Notes: generated by a model not told the origin, from the sequence alone. A stretch of DNA of 19,912 nt from Nitrososphaerota archaeon (GCA_022573895.1 JACZTB010000032.1:1-19912); one strand, 5' to 3'; shown: positions 1 through 6,042, numbered from the stretch's first letter. A program made the numbers and translations.

Positions 1-68
1 CGAACATCAATTATTACAAATTCATCTTTTCTAGCCTTGAGATCTTGTCCAGATATTTTTTCTGCCAT
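1..68 (-). CDS. partial CDS (5' end only, continues past window start): rhodanese-like domain protein N-terminus
   Basis: ATG at 66-68 on the minus strand. It reads MAEKISGQDLKARKDEFVIIDVR, resembling the start of rhodanese domains (..L..........IDVR). Only 22 codons are visible. Confidence 0.35.
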   Translation of the reverse strand, partial: MAEKISGQDLKARKDEFVIIDV

Positions 69-269
69 GCATTATGTTTCTTATTTAGTAATTTAATCTA
101 AATGAATTTCTTGGTGATTACAGATTTCATTTTTCTTCAGGTTAGTCTGCCTTGCCTATAACCTTTTTGAGAATGCAGAATTTACTTAGGCTTTTGAGAA
201 ACCACATAAACTTTGTTTATTCTTCTATTATTGAGGAATTCTTAATTCTTAGTTTAACATAGAGAATAT

Positions 270-1178
270 GTGAAATCAAAAATTATTTGCATGATGTTAT
301 TTTCTGTTTTGATTATCAATATCACTCCCATCTTTGCTGAAGAAATTTCAGATGCCACAACTAATCTCCTTAACTATGATATTGAACCTGGTGAGCTAGC
401 TATAATGTGGTTGGGAAATCATCAAAAGGGTTCATTGGAGGGTTATGCTTCAGCAGGCTTTCTCTTAAGAACTACTAACTATGTAATCGCAATAGACCCG
501 TCAAGCTTATTCTTAGATGATGTTGATTCGTTGGACAGGTTAGATGCAATTTTCATAACTCATGATCATGGAGATCATTTTGATCCTAATACTGTAATAG
601 CAATGCAAGCCAAAACTGGTTCATATGTTATAGCAGATCCAACGTCAGCATCGATGTTATTTGATAAAATACCTGATGATAAGCTCATTCAAATCGAACC
701 AAATGAGAAAATAACTATCTCTGGAATTACTGTTGATGCATTTGCAGCTGAACATCCAACTGAAACCCCATTGCTTTATGTGATAGAGTTTGATGGATAT
801 AGAATATTTCATGGCTCGGATTCTGGATTCGTTGAGGATTTAAAGAACATTGAATCAAGAGTTCATGTGGCAATGGTTCCAGCTGGAGATCCTTCCCCAA
901 CTGCATCACCACAAGTTGCATTTGAAATGACTCAAGCGACCAATCCATATGTTGTTATTCCAATGCATGGCAGTCCAGAACAAATGGAAGAATTTTCTAA
1001 CCTTGTAGAAGGTTCTGGTCTGGGAACAACAGTTACAATTCCTTCAGCTTTAGAGATAATAGTTCCAACTGAGATTGTGCCAGAGTTTGGTTTACTTGCA
1101 GTTCTTGTGTTAAGTGCTGGAATGATAATGGTGATTTACATTTTACGTCAGAAATCATTAATTCAAATCAAATGTTAA
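270..1178 (+). CDS. secreted metallo-beta-lactamase-fold hydrolase with C-terminal PEFG + TM anchor
   Basis: 302-aa ORF with an N-terminal signal-like segment (MKSKIICMMLFSVLIINITPIFAEE) and an HDHGDH motif (HxHxDH of the MBL fold). The C-terminus is VPEFG followed by a hydrophobic helix and RQK (PEFG at 1080-1091). GTG start at 270; alternative ATG at 291. Confidence 0.85.
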   Translation: MKSKIICMMLFSVLIINITPIFAEEISDATTNLLNYDIEPGELAIMWLGNHQKGSLEGYASAGFLLRTTNYVIAIDPSSLFLDDVDSLDRLDAIFITHDHGDHFDPNTVIAMQAKTGSYVIADPTSASMLFDKIPDDKLIQIEPNEKITISGITVDAFAAEHPTETPLLYVIEFDGYRIFHGSDSGFVEDLKNIESRVHVAMVPAGDPSPTASPQVAFEMTQATNPYVVIPMHGSPEQMEEFSNLVEGSGLGTTVTIPSALEIIVPTEIVPEFGLLAVLVLSAGMIMVIYILRQKSLIQIKC

Positions 1179-1193
1179 ATTATCACGATTGAA

Positions 1194-1240
1194 GGTCAAA
1201 TCATTGTAATGCTTAAGGTCTATTTTTCGCGATTATTTTG
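1194..1240 (+). repeat. attL-like site: core GGTCAAATCATTGTAATG plus arm motif TCGCGATTATTTTG 15 nt downstream
   Basis: 1194-1211 matches 7432-7448 (GGTCAATTATTGTAATG) with one indel and one mismatch. The 14-mer at 1227-1240 is identical to 2587-2600. Confidence 0.4.
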
Positions 1241-1293
1241 ATTTTAGATATTAAGTGTAAACGAGTTTATCGACAATCAGTAAAAATAGAATG

Positions 1294-1357
1294 CCCCCTT
1301 TTCACGAATGAAAAGTCCTACTAATCCACGTTATAATGCGAAGTTAATTCGTTGATT
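1294..1357 (+). repeat. repeat A, copy 1 (about 60 bp, contains hairpin CTTTTCA-cgaa-TGAAAAG)
   Basis: By-eye alignment to 5171-5236 gives roughly four-fifths identity (CCCCCTTTTCACGAA..AAAAGTC..TAATCCAC.TTATAATG..AAGTT). It lies in a convergent intergenic gap. Confidence 0.7.
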
Positions 1358-1393
1358 AACAGTTTGTATCAAAAATCATGCACATTATTCTTT

Positions 1394-1564
1394 TCAATTA
1401 GATTTTGTTTTTTTCTGGCATAAATCGCATAATGTTTCATATATCATACTGTTTATTGGTTTGAATTCACTACCACAATTTGTACATGTATTAAGCAAGA
1501 TTACTCCTGTCTTGAACCCTATATCTTTTCTAACTCTTGGTTTGCTATTCTGTTCTTTTACCAA
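1394..1564 (-). CDS. small zinc-ribbon protein (about 56 aa, start uncertain, TTG at 1562-1564)
   Basis: Hand translation: ..NTCTNCGSEFKPINSMIYETLCDLCQKKTKSN*, giving two CxxC pairs. It overlaps the upstream gene end by about 20 nt. Below the ORF-track cutoff. Confidence 0.3.
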   Translation of the reverse strand: MVKEQNSKPRVRKDIGFKTGVILLNTCTNCGSEFKPINSMIYETLCDLCQKKTKSN

Positions 1565-1793
1565 AATATTTCTCCATTACCCCTGCAACATCATCTGCAA
1601 ACATGCCATGCTCTCCTTCATTCCATATTGTCCGTAATTCCTCAATCATTTTTTGATTCTTGAGGATTTGTTGCTTTAGACCTTCAAGATTATCTTCAGT
1701 ATGTGCCAATCTGGGAATCATGTAATAGTTATAATTCATTCCAACCAAAACAAAATCATCTTCAGATAGTTTAATTTTAGAAATTTCTGTCAT
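1545..1793 (-). CDS. hypothetical protein (82 aa), no recognisable motif
   Basis: ORF in the track. Its ATG overlaps the stop of the upstream gene (1790-1793), so it is part of a coupled minus-strand operon. Confidence 0.6.
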   Translation of the reverse strand: MTEISKIKLSEDDFVLVGMNYNYYMIPRLAHTEDNLEGLKQQILKNQKMIEELRTIWNEGEHGMFADDVAGVMEKYFGKRTE

Positions 1794-1975
1794 GGCTCAA
1801 TATGTGATACAACCCAGTCCTTTATTGCCATATCTGTTCGGTGTTCCTGACATCGAATATGAGGACATGGAATCAATCTACTGCAATTATCCTCTTCACA
1901 TTTTCTGTAAGTTCCTGGAATGTTAGTACCATTAGGGGATATTCGCAGATTGTCCTTATTTTTTTCTGATAACAT
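1790..1975 (-). CDS. small Cys/His-rich (zinc-binding-like) protein, 61 aa
   Basis: ORF in the track. Contains CEEDNCSRLIPCPHIRCQEH. Tightly packed against its neighbours. Confidence 0.55.
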   Translation of the reverse strand: MLSEKNKDNLRISPNGTNIPGTYRKCEEDNCSRLIPCPHIRCQEHRTDMAIKDWVVSHIEP

Positions 1976-1976
1976 C

Positions 1977-2087
1977 TTACTTGTTTGGAATTATTTTTTT
2001 AAAACATTTACAACCACAATCAAACATTCCAGCTTTTCCCATACATTGATCATGATGATCATTATAGCATTTATTCCAAGTCAGCAT
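1977..2087 (-). CDS. tiny Cys-rich protein, 36 aa
   Basis: Hand translation: MLTWNKCYNDHHDQCMGKAGMFDCGCKCFKKIIPNK*. The start shares one nt with the upstream stop (TAATG), and the stop lies 1 nt before the next ATG. Confidence 0.4.
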   Translation of the reverse strand: MLTWNKCYNDHHDQCMGKAGMFDCGCKCFKKIIPNK

Positions 2088-2191
2088 TAGTTATCCTTCT
2101 TTTTGTGAGTCTTTTCATGAAGGAATAATTTTTGAATATCCCCTTCTGATGCGTCCCAAGTAAAACTGCAATGTTTGCAATGATATGTCAT
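2087..2191 (-). CDS. tiny C2H2-like zinc-finger protein, 34 aa
   Basis: Hand translation: MTYHCKHCSFTWDASEGDIQKLFLHEKTHKKKDN*. The pattern is C-x2-C-x16-H-x3-H. It abuts both neighbours. Confidence 0.45.
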   Translation of the reverse strand: MTYHCKHCSFTWDASEGDIQKLFLHEKTHKKKDN

Positions 2192-2308
2192 TTATTTTTC
2201 TACATCCTCTGGTTTCTTTTTTTCAGATTCTTTGAAAGCATTTACGTCATTAGCGACCTGGGTCTTACAAGAACCAAATTGTAATTTTTTAATTATTTTT
2301 TTAAACAT
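2192..2308 (-). CDS. tiny hypothetical protein, 38 aa
   Basis: Hand translation: MFKKIIKKLQFGSCKTQVANDVNAFKESEKKKPEDVEK*. The stop directly abuts the next ATG (2191). Confidence 0.3.
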   Translation of the reverse strand: MFKKIIKKLQFGSCKTQVANDVNAFKESEKKKPEDVEK

Positions 2309-2322
2309 GTCTTTGACAATGT

Positions 2323-2418
2323 CTAGGTATGGAAAATTTTCTCACAAATGTTACACATAAATTTGTAAGGGCTGATTTGAATCCATTCGATACATCTAAT
2401 ACATTCTTTACTTGTCAT
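2323..2418 (-). CDS. tiny zinc-ribbon protein, 31 aa
   Basis: Hand translation: MTSKECIRCIEWIQISPYKFMCNICEKIFHT*, giving CxxC...CxxC. It is the first gene of the minus-strand run. Confidence 0.4.
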   Translation of the reverse strand: MTSKECIRCIEWIQISPYKFMCNICEKIFHT

Positions 2419-2523
2419 ACTATCTAACCATCATAAACTAATAAAAACATACATCGGTTTCTAGGTAACTTTATCATATTTTGGATGATATTACGATCAA
2501 ATAAAACAACTGGCTTGTTTGAA

Positions 2524-2560
2524 ATAATCATCATTTAACTCAAATCTCTCAGGGAAAAAT
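2524..2560 (+). repeat. repeat B, copy 1 (upstream flank of the minus-strand mini-ORF operon)
   Basis: ATAATCATCATTTAACTCAAAT (2524-2545) is identical to 6096-6117, and the similarity continues (CTCTCAGGGAAAAAT vs ATCTCTGGAAAAAAT). Confidence 0.75.
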
Positions 2561-2600
2561 ATCTTGTAATGAATTATGTCAATGAATCGCGATTATTTTG
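2561..2600 (+). repeat. internal att-like site: ATCTTGTAATGAATTATG plus the same arm motif at the same 15-nt spacing
   Basis: TTGTAATGAATTATG matches the right-end TTGTAATGAATAATG at 14 of 15 positions. TCGCGATTATTTTG (2587-2600) is identical to 1227-1240 with the same spacing from the core. Confidence 0.35.
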
Positions 2601-2669
2601 TAAAGGTTGGAGTCGAAAGCAACCCATAATCGATTGTCTGAGTGTTGGTATTGTGGTAAAAATTAGATT

Positions 2670-3434
2670 CTATGTATAAGGGCAGTATTTTTTATGTTCA
2701 TCAAAAACCGTTCGTATTAACAGAGTCAGATTCTTTTTCAATAACTCTAAATCAGATTTGTGGATTTTTGAAGAGGGTAAATGCGCAATATGATCTTGAT
2801 CGTTACGCATGACATTATAACTTTTAAAGAAACTAATCGATGCAGTTCGAATTGAAAAATTTACTGCCTTTGCCTCTTTAAATAAAATTGATTGCATTTC
2901 AGAAAATTTCTTTTCCCATTTGAGGTGTCTAACAGTACCCTCTAAAATTCCATGATCCATCAAAAATTTAGAACAAACTGTTTCCATAAAATTAAGAATT
3001 ACCAAAGAATCAATCCAATCTTGATTGATGTTACTAATTCCATGAGTTTGCCCGATTTCAATCACTTTATTTGTTATATTGCTCAATTTCATATATTGCG
3101 GAAGAGTGTTGGATTTGTTAGAAGATTTAGAAGATGAACCAGAAGAGGATGCATGACTAGTTATGGAAGAAAATTTCAATTTTTTTAATTCTGGGAGTTT
3201 TTGATAAATTGTAGTATTTCCAATTGTTGTAACTACTGTAAGAAGACCCATGTCTTCAAGATGCCCAAGTTTGTATGAAACATTACTATGTTGTTTTCCA
3301 AGAGTCTGTGCAATTTGAGTGCTATTTTTCTTACCGTTAACTTGTTCAAAAACATTCCAAGCAATTGAATTTTTTTTACCCAATATTGTCCGTGCATTAT
3401 CAAGTGTAGATGACATGTTTGCAAGTTTTGACAT
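2670..3434 (-). CDS. ArsR/MarR-like wHTH, Ser-rich linker, then alpha-helical C-terminal domain with an RNxxxH (HEPN-like) motif
   Basis: 254-aa ORF. The N-terminus reads STQIAQTLGKQHSNVSYKLGHLEDMGLL (wHTH recognition-helix pattern), followed by the linker SHASSSGSSSKSSNKSN. RNDQDH lies at aa 210-215 (nt 2790-2807), about 45 aa from the C-terminus. Confidence 0.75.
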   Translation of the reverse strand: MSKLANMSSTLDNARTILGKKNSIAWNVFEQVNGKKNSTQIAQTLGKQHSNVSYKLGHLEDMGLLTVVTTIGNTTIYQKLPELKKLKFSSITSHASSSGSSSKSSNKSNTLPQYMKLSNITNKVIEIGQTHGISNINQDWIDSLVILNFMETVCSKFLMDHGILEGTVRHLKWEKKFSEMQSILFKEAKAVNFSIRTASISFFKSYNVMRNDQDHIAHLPSSKIHKSDLELLKKNLTLLIRTVFDEHKKYCPYT

Positions 3435-3440
3435 TTATTT

Positions 3441-3764
3441 TTACTCCGGTACCTCATTAACTTCATAAAGTCTCAGAGGTTTAATCTCAATCCCCTTTCC
3501 CAGAGAATCTTCTACTAAAATAATTCCATTTTTCTTCCATTTCAAAATTGTTTGACCTAAACTTTGAGATGCAACCCCAGATTTTTTTGCTATTTCAGTA
3601 AGGGTAAATTTACCATTACACAAATTATATGCCTTAAGAAGTTCTTTTGGTTTCTTGCTATTTTTTTGTATTATTGCAATTAACTTTTCTTCTGGAAATA
3701 CCAATCTCCCCAATAGCGAAATAATGAATTTGTTCTGTTTGATTAATTCTTTAATCTCACTCAT
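3441..3764 (-). CDS. winged-helix DNA-binding protein (107 aa from ATG 3764; the track ORF extends to 3797)
   Basis: Contains FTLTEIAKKSGVASQSLGQTILKWKKNGIILVE. The start MSEIKEL overlaps the stop of the upstream gene by 8 nt. Confidence 0.7.
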   Translation of the reverse strand: MSEIKELIKQNKFIISLLGRLVFPEEKLIAIIQKNSKKPKELLKAYNLCNGKFTLTEIAKKSGVASQSLGQTILKWKKNGIILVEDSLGKGIEIKPLRLYEVNEVPE

Positions 3765-3966
3765 TTTTCTTTCTCCTATATTGTGACAATGTAACATTTA
3801 CGGTATTCTGACTTTTTCCTAAAATATTAGCAACATCCTTGTTAGCAATTCCAAGTTTACTAAGCAATACTATTTGTTCTCCAATTTCTTTACCTTTAAT
3901 TTGATTCATAGCTAGAAGTTTTATTATTACATCTAATTTTTCTATAATTAATTTGGATTCAGTCAT
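3757..3966 (-). CDS. small helix + HTH protein, paralog P1 (69 aa)
   Basis: KLDVIIKLLA ... LSKLGIANKDVANILGKSQNTVNVTLSQYRRK. The pattern is shared with P2-P5. ATGA overlap with P2. Confidence 0.7.
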   Translation of the reverse strand: MTESKLIIEKLDVIIKLLAMNQIKGKEIGEQIVLLSKLGIANKDVANILGKSQNTVNVTLSQYRRKKNE

Positions 3967-4190
3967 TTGTTACTCCTTCGTTTTTGTTTCACAAGTTCAC
4001 TTGACACATAGCCTCTAGACTTACCAAATAAATTAGCAATGACATTATCTGAAAAACCTAATCGATTTAACATGAAAAATTGCTCACCTGTATTCATTTC
4101 AGAGATTTCATTAGATCTAAGTGTCAAATATATTAAAAGTTCAAGATTTTTATTGATTTTTTCCAATACGATGGTATTAATTTCAGGCAT
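3963..4190 (-). CDS. small helix + HTH protein, paralog P2 (75 aa)
   Basis: KNLELLIYLTL ... LNRLGFSDNVIANLFGKSRGYVSSELVKQKRR. First gene of the minus-strand operon. Confidence 0.7.
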   Translation of the reverse strand: MPEINTIVLEKINKNLELLIYLTLRSNEISEMNTGEQFFMLNRLGFSDNVIANLFGKSRGYVSSELVKQKRRSNK

Positions 4191-4347
4191 GATTCTATTA
4201 ATATATAGAAAATTCTTGTATTTATGACTTTTTTTTTTAATATTTTTTATTGTTTTTTATGCCTGTTATTTTAATTATATTAATTAAGGAAGTAAATAAT
4301 ACAATAATCGACATAAAACTTAATTAGTAATATATCAGCAATACATT
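4191..4347. promoter_or_regulatory. divergent promoter/operator region between the two HTH operons
   Basis: 157-bp, very AT-rich spacer between divergent ATGs. Contains TTTTATGCCTGT (4255-4266) and the variant TTTATGACT (4221-4229). Confidence 0.45.
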
Positions 4348-4548
4348 ATGAGTAATGAAGAAAGTAAATCAATTGAAAAATTGTTATCTGAAATTAACAA
4401 AAAGTTAGATATTCTTATAGAAATTCAGATCCTTGACAAATCAGAAGATGATCAATTAAAAATGTTGAAAAGATTAGGATATTCTTCAAAAGATGCCAGT
4501 GAATTTACTGGAATAAGTTATTCTTCAATTAGACATAGAAAAGGGTGA
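4348..4548 (+). CDS. small helix + HTH protein, paralog P3 (66 aa)
   Basis: KKLDILIEIQIL ... LKRLGYSSKDASEFTGISYSSIRHRKG. Confidence 0.7.
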   Translation: MSNEESKSIEKLLSEINKKLDILIEIQILDKSEDDQLKMLKRLGYSSKDASEFTGISYSSIRHRKG

Positions 4549-4790
4549 AAAGATTAGTAAAAAAAACCAATGAAAAATCCAAAACAGAACTAGATCTTCT
4601 TAATGAAATTAGTTTAAAATTAGATAAGGTGATTGGGATTTTGGCATGTTCATCAATTAAAGAACCAAGAAACAAAATTCCGTTATTAAAAAATTTGGGA
4701 TTTACAATTGAAGATACTGCAAACATTACAGAACTAACAATAGATGTAGTGAAAAAAGAACGTTCTAAGTTAAAGGATTCTAAAAAATGA
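4545..4790 (+). CDS. small helix + HTH protein, paralog P4 (81 aa)
   Basis: LKLDKVIGILA ... LKNLGFTIEDTANITELTIDVVKKERSK. ATGA overlaps on both sides. Confidence 0.7.
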   Translation: MKRLVKKTNEKSKTELDLLNEISLKLDKVIGILACSSIKEPRNKIPLLKNLGFTIEDTANITELTIDVVKKERSKLKDSKK

Positions 4791-5005
4791 GTGATGACAT
4801 TTTAAAATCAATTAATCAAAAGTTGGATTCAATTCTAAAGATTTTAGCATTGCAATATATTGAAAACAAACCGAAAACAGAACAAGCAAATATACTATTG
4901 AATTTAGGAATGACCTCAATAGAAGTTGGAAAAATACTTGGAAAATCAGATGTGACAATTAGAAGACAAAAACAACAAGCAAGAAATAAAAAATCTAAAA
5001 ATTAA
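4787..5005 (+). CDS. small helix + HTH protein, paralog P5 (72 aa)
   Basis: QKLDSILKILALQ ... LLNLGMTSIEVGKILGKSDVTIRRQKQQARNK. Confidence 0.7.
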   Translation: MSDDILKSINQKLDSILKILALQYIENKPKTEQANILLNLGMTSIEVGKILGKSDVTIRRQKQQARNKKSKN

Positions 5006-5012
5006 TTTCAAA

Positions 5013-5086
5013 ATTATTTATGCCTAGAAAAATTATTTATGCCTATTCTTTATGCCTAGTATTACGCATAAAGATCTTTATGCGTA
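5013..5086 (+). promoter_or_regulatory. iteron-like cluster: 3 direct TTTATGCCTA repeats plus a 24-bp perfect palindrome of a variant half-site
   Basis: ATTATTTATGCCTA occurs at 5013-5026 and 5032-5045, and TTTATGCCTA at 5049-5058. TACGCATAAAGA|TCTTTATGCGTA at 5063-5086 is a perfect palindrome. Confidence 0.6.
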
Positions 5087-5170
5087 GAGTTGAATCTTAA
5101 TAGATTAGAATCTAAATTACATTTAAGATAATTTACCAAACAGATTACAGATAATCTCTAAAAAGGGACT

Positions 5171-5236
5171 CCCCCCTTTTCACGAACAAAAAGTCATGTT
5201 AATCCACATTATAATGTCAAGTTGATTTGTTTTGAT
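5171..5236 (+). repeat. repeat A, copy 2
   Basis: See copy 1. It again lies in a convergent gap, between the P5 end (5005) and the end of the GYNK-repeat gene (5287). Confidence 0.7.
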
Positions 5237-5286
5237 CTCATCCATTTTATTATCTTTGTATCTTTTTTAGGTCACAATTTTTATGA

Positions 5287-6042
5287 TTAATCATTTTTTA
5301 CTTCGATTTTATTTTTATTAAATTTGTTGTATCCATCTTTGTTGTACCCCTCTTTGTTGTAACCTAGGTGATCATATCCAAGTCTATCATACTCCTCTTT
5401 GTTATACCCAATACTATCATATCCATCTAAGTCATACCCATAACTGTCATATCCATTTCTATCATACCCATTACAATCATATCCATTTCTATCATACCCA
5501 TTTTTGTTATACCCGTCTTTGTTGTACCCATTTTTGTTGTACCCATCTAGGTCATACCCATTTTTGTTGTAACCCTTTTTGTTGTACCCATCTAGGTCAT
5601 ACCCATTTTTGTTGTAACCCTTTTTGTTGTACCCATTTTTGTTGTAACCCTTTTTGTTGTACCCGTCTTTATCAAAATTTATTCTTGTATCAATATGAAT
5701 TCCATCAAGATAAAAACCATGATTATCATACCCATTTTTGTTGTAACCCTTTTTGTTGTACCCATTTTTGTTGTACCCATCTTTGTTGTAACCCTTTTTG
5801 TTATACCCATTTTTGTTGTAACCCTTTTTGTTATACCCATTTTTGTTATACTCCTCTTTATTGTACCCGTCTTCATCATACCCATTTTTGTTGTAACCCT
5901 TTTTGTTGTACCCATCTAAGTCATACCCATTTTTGTTGTAACCCTTTTTGTTGTAACCCTTTTTGTTATACCCATCTTTGTCATACCCATCTTTGTCGTA
6001 TCCAAACTCGTCAAATTTTTTAAATTTATCAAATAACCCCAT
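5287..6042 (-). CDS. orphan G-Y-[ND]-K-x pentapeptide tandem-repeat protein (251 aa)
   Basis: ORF in the track. More than 40 consecutive GYNKK/GYNKN/GYDLD units are split by one non-repeat insert (NHGFYLDGIHIDTRINFDKD). No signal peptide or TM segment. The underlying 15/30-bp DNA periodicity runs from 5310 to 6000. Confidence 0.6.
   Translation of the reverse strand: MGLFDKFKKFDEFGYDKDGYDKDGYNKKGYNKKGYNKNGYDLDGYNKKGYNKNGYDEDGYNKEEYNKNGYNKKGYNKNGYNKKGYNKDGYNKNGYNKKGYNKNGYDNHGFYLDGIHIDTRINFDKDGYNKKGYNKNGYNKKGYNKNGYDLDGYNKKGYNKNGYDLDGYNKNGYNKDGYNKNGYDRNGYDCNGYDRNGYDSYGYDLDGYDSIGYNKEEYDRLGYDHLGYNKEGYNKDGYNKFNKNKIEVKND

Noticed and set aside
727-948. Antisense or overlapping ORFs inside well-supported genes. 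Examples: 727..948, 2952..3137, 3233..3466, 4039..4227, 4529..4726, 6171..6407, 6423..6725, 7740..7925, 8118..8357, 8485..8712, 8767..8997, 9758..9967, 10280..10501, 14174..14374, 14904..15131, 15573..15812, 15622..15840, 16591..16809, 16652..17053, 16856..17050, 17206..17403
   Set aside because: Each lies within, and opposite to or out of frame with, a longer ORF that has clear family motifs. Their peptides are low-complexity or Cys/Ser-rich shadows typical of AT-rich genomes.
5171-5200. Repeat A hairpin considered as a classic intrinsic terminator
   Set aside because: Archaeal termination relies mainly on oligo-T tracts rather than hairpins, and the stem is weakened in copy 2. The element is reported as a conserved repeat without assigning terminator function.
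5679-6023. Three additional ORFs across the GYNK repeat region (5679..5915 minus; 5685..6023 and 5695..5919 plus), with repetitive CC/TH/F or IFVV peptides
   Set aside because: They are frame and strand shadows of the 15-bp tandem periodicity. Only the 5287..6042 frame spans the whole repeat with a non-repeat head, insert and tail.
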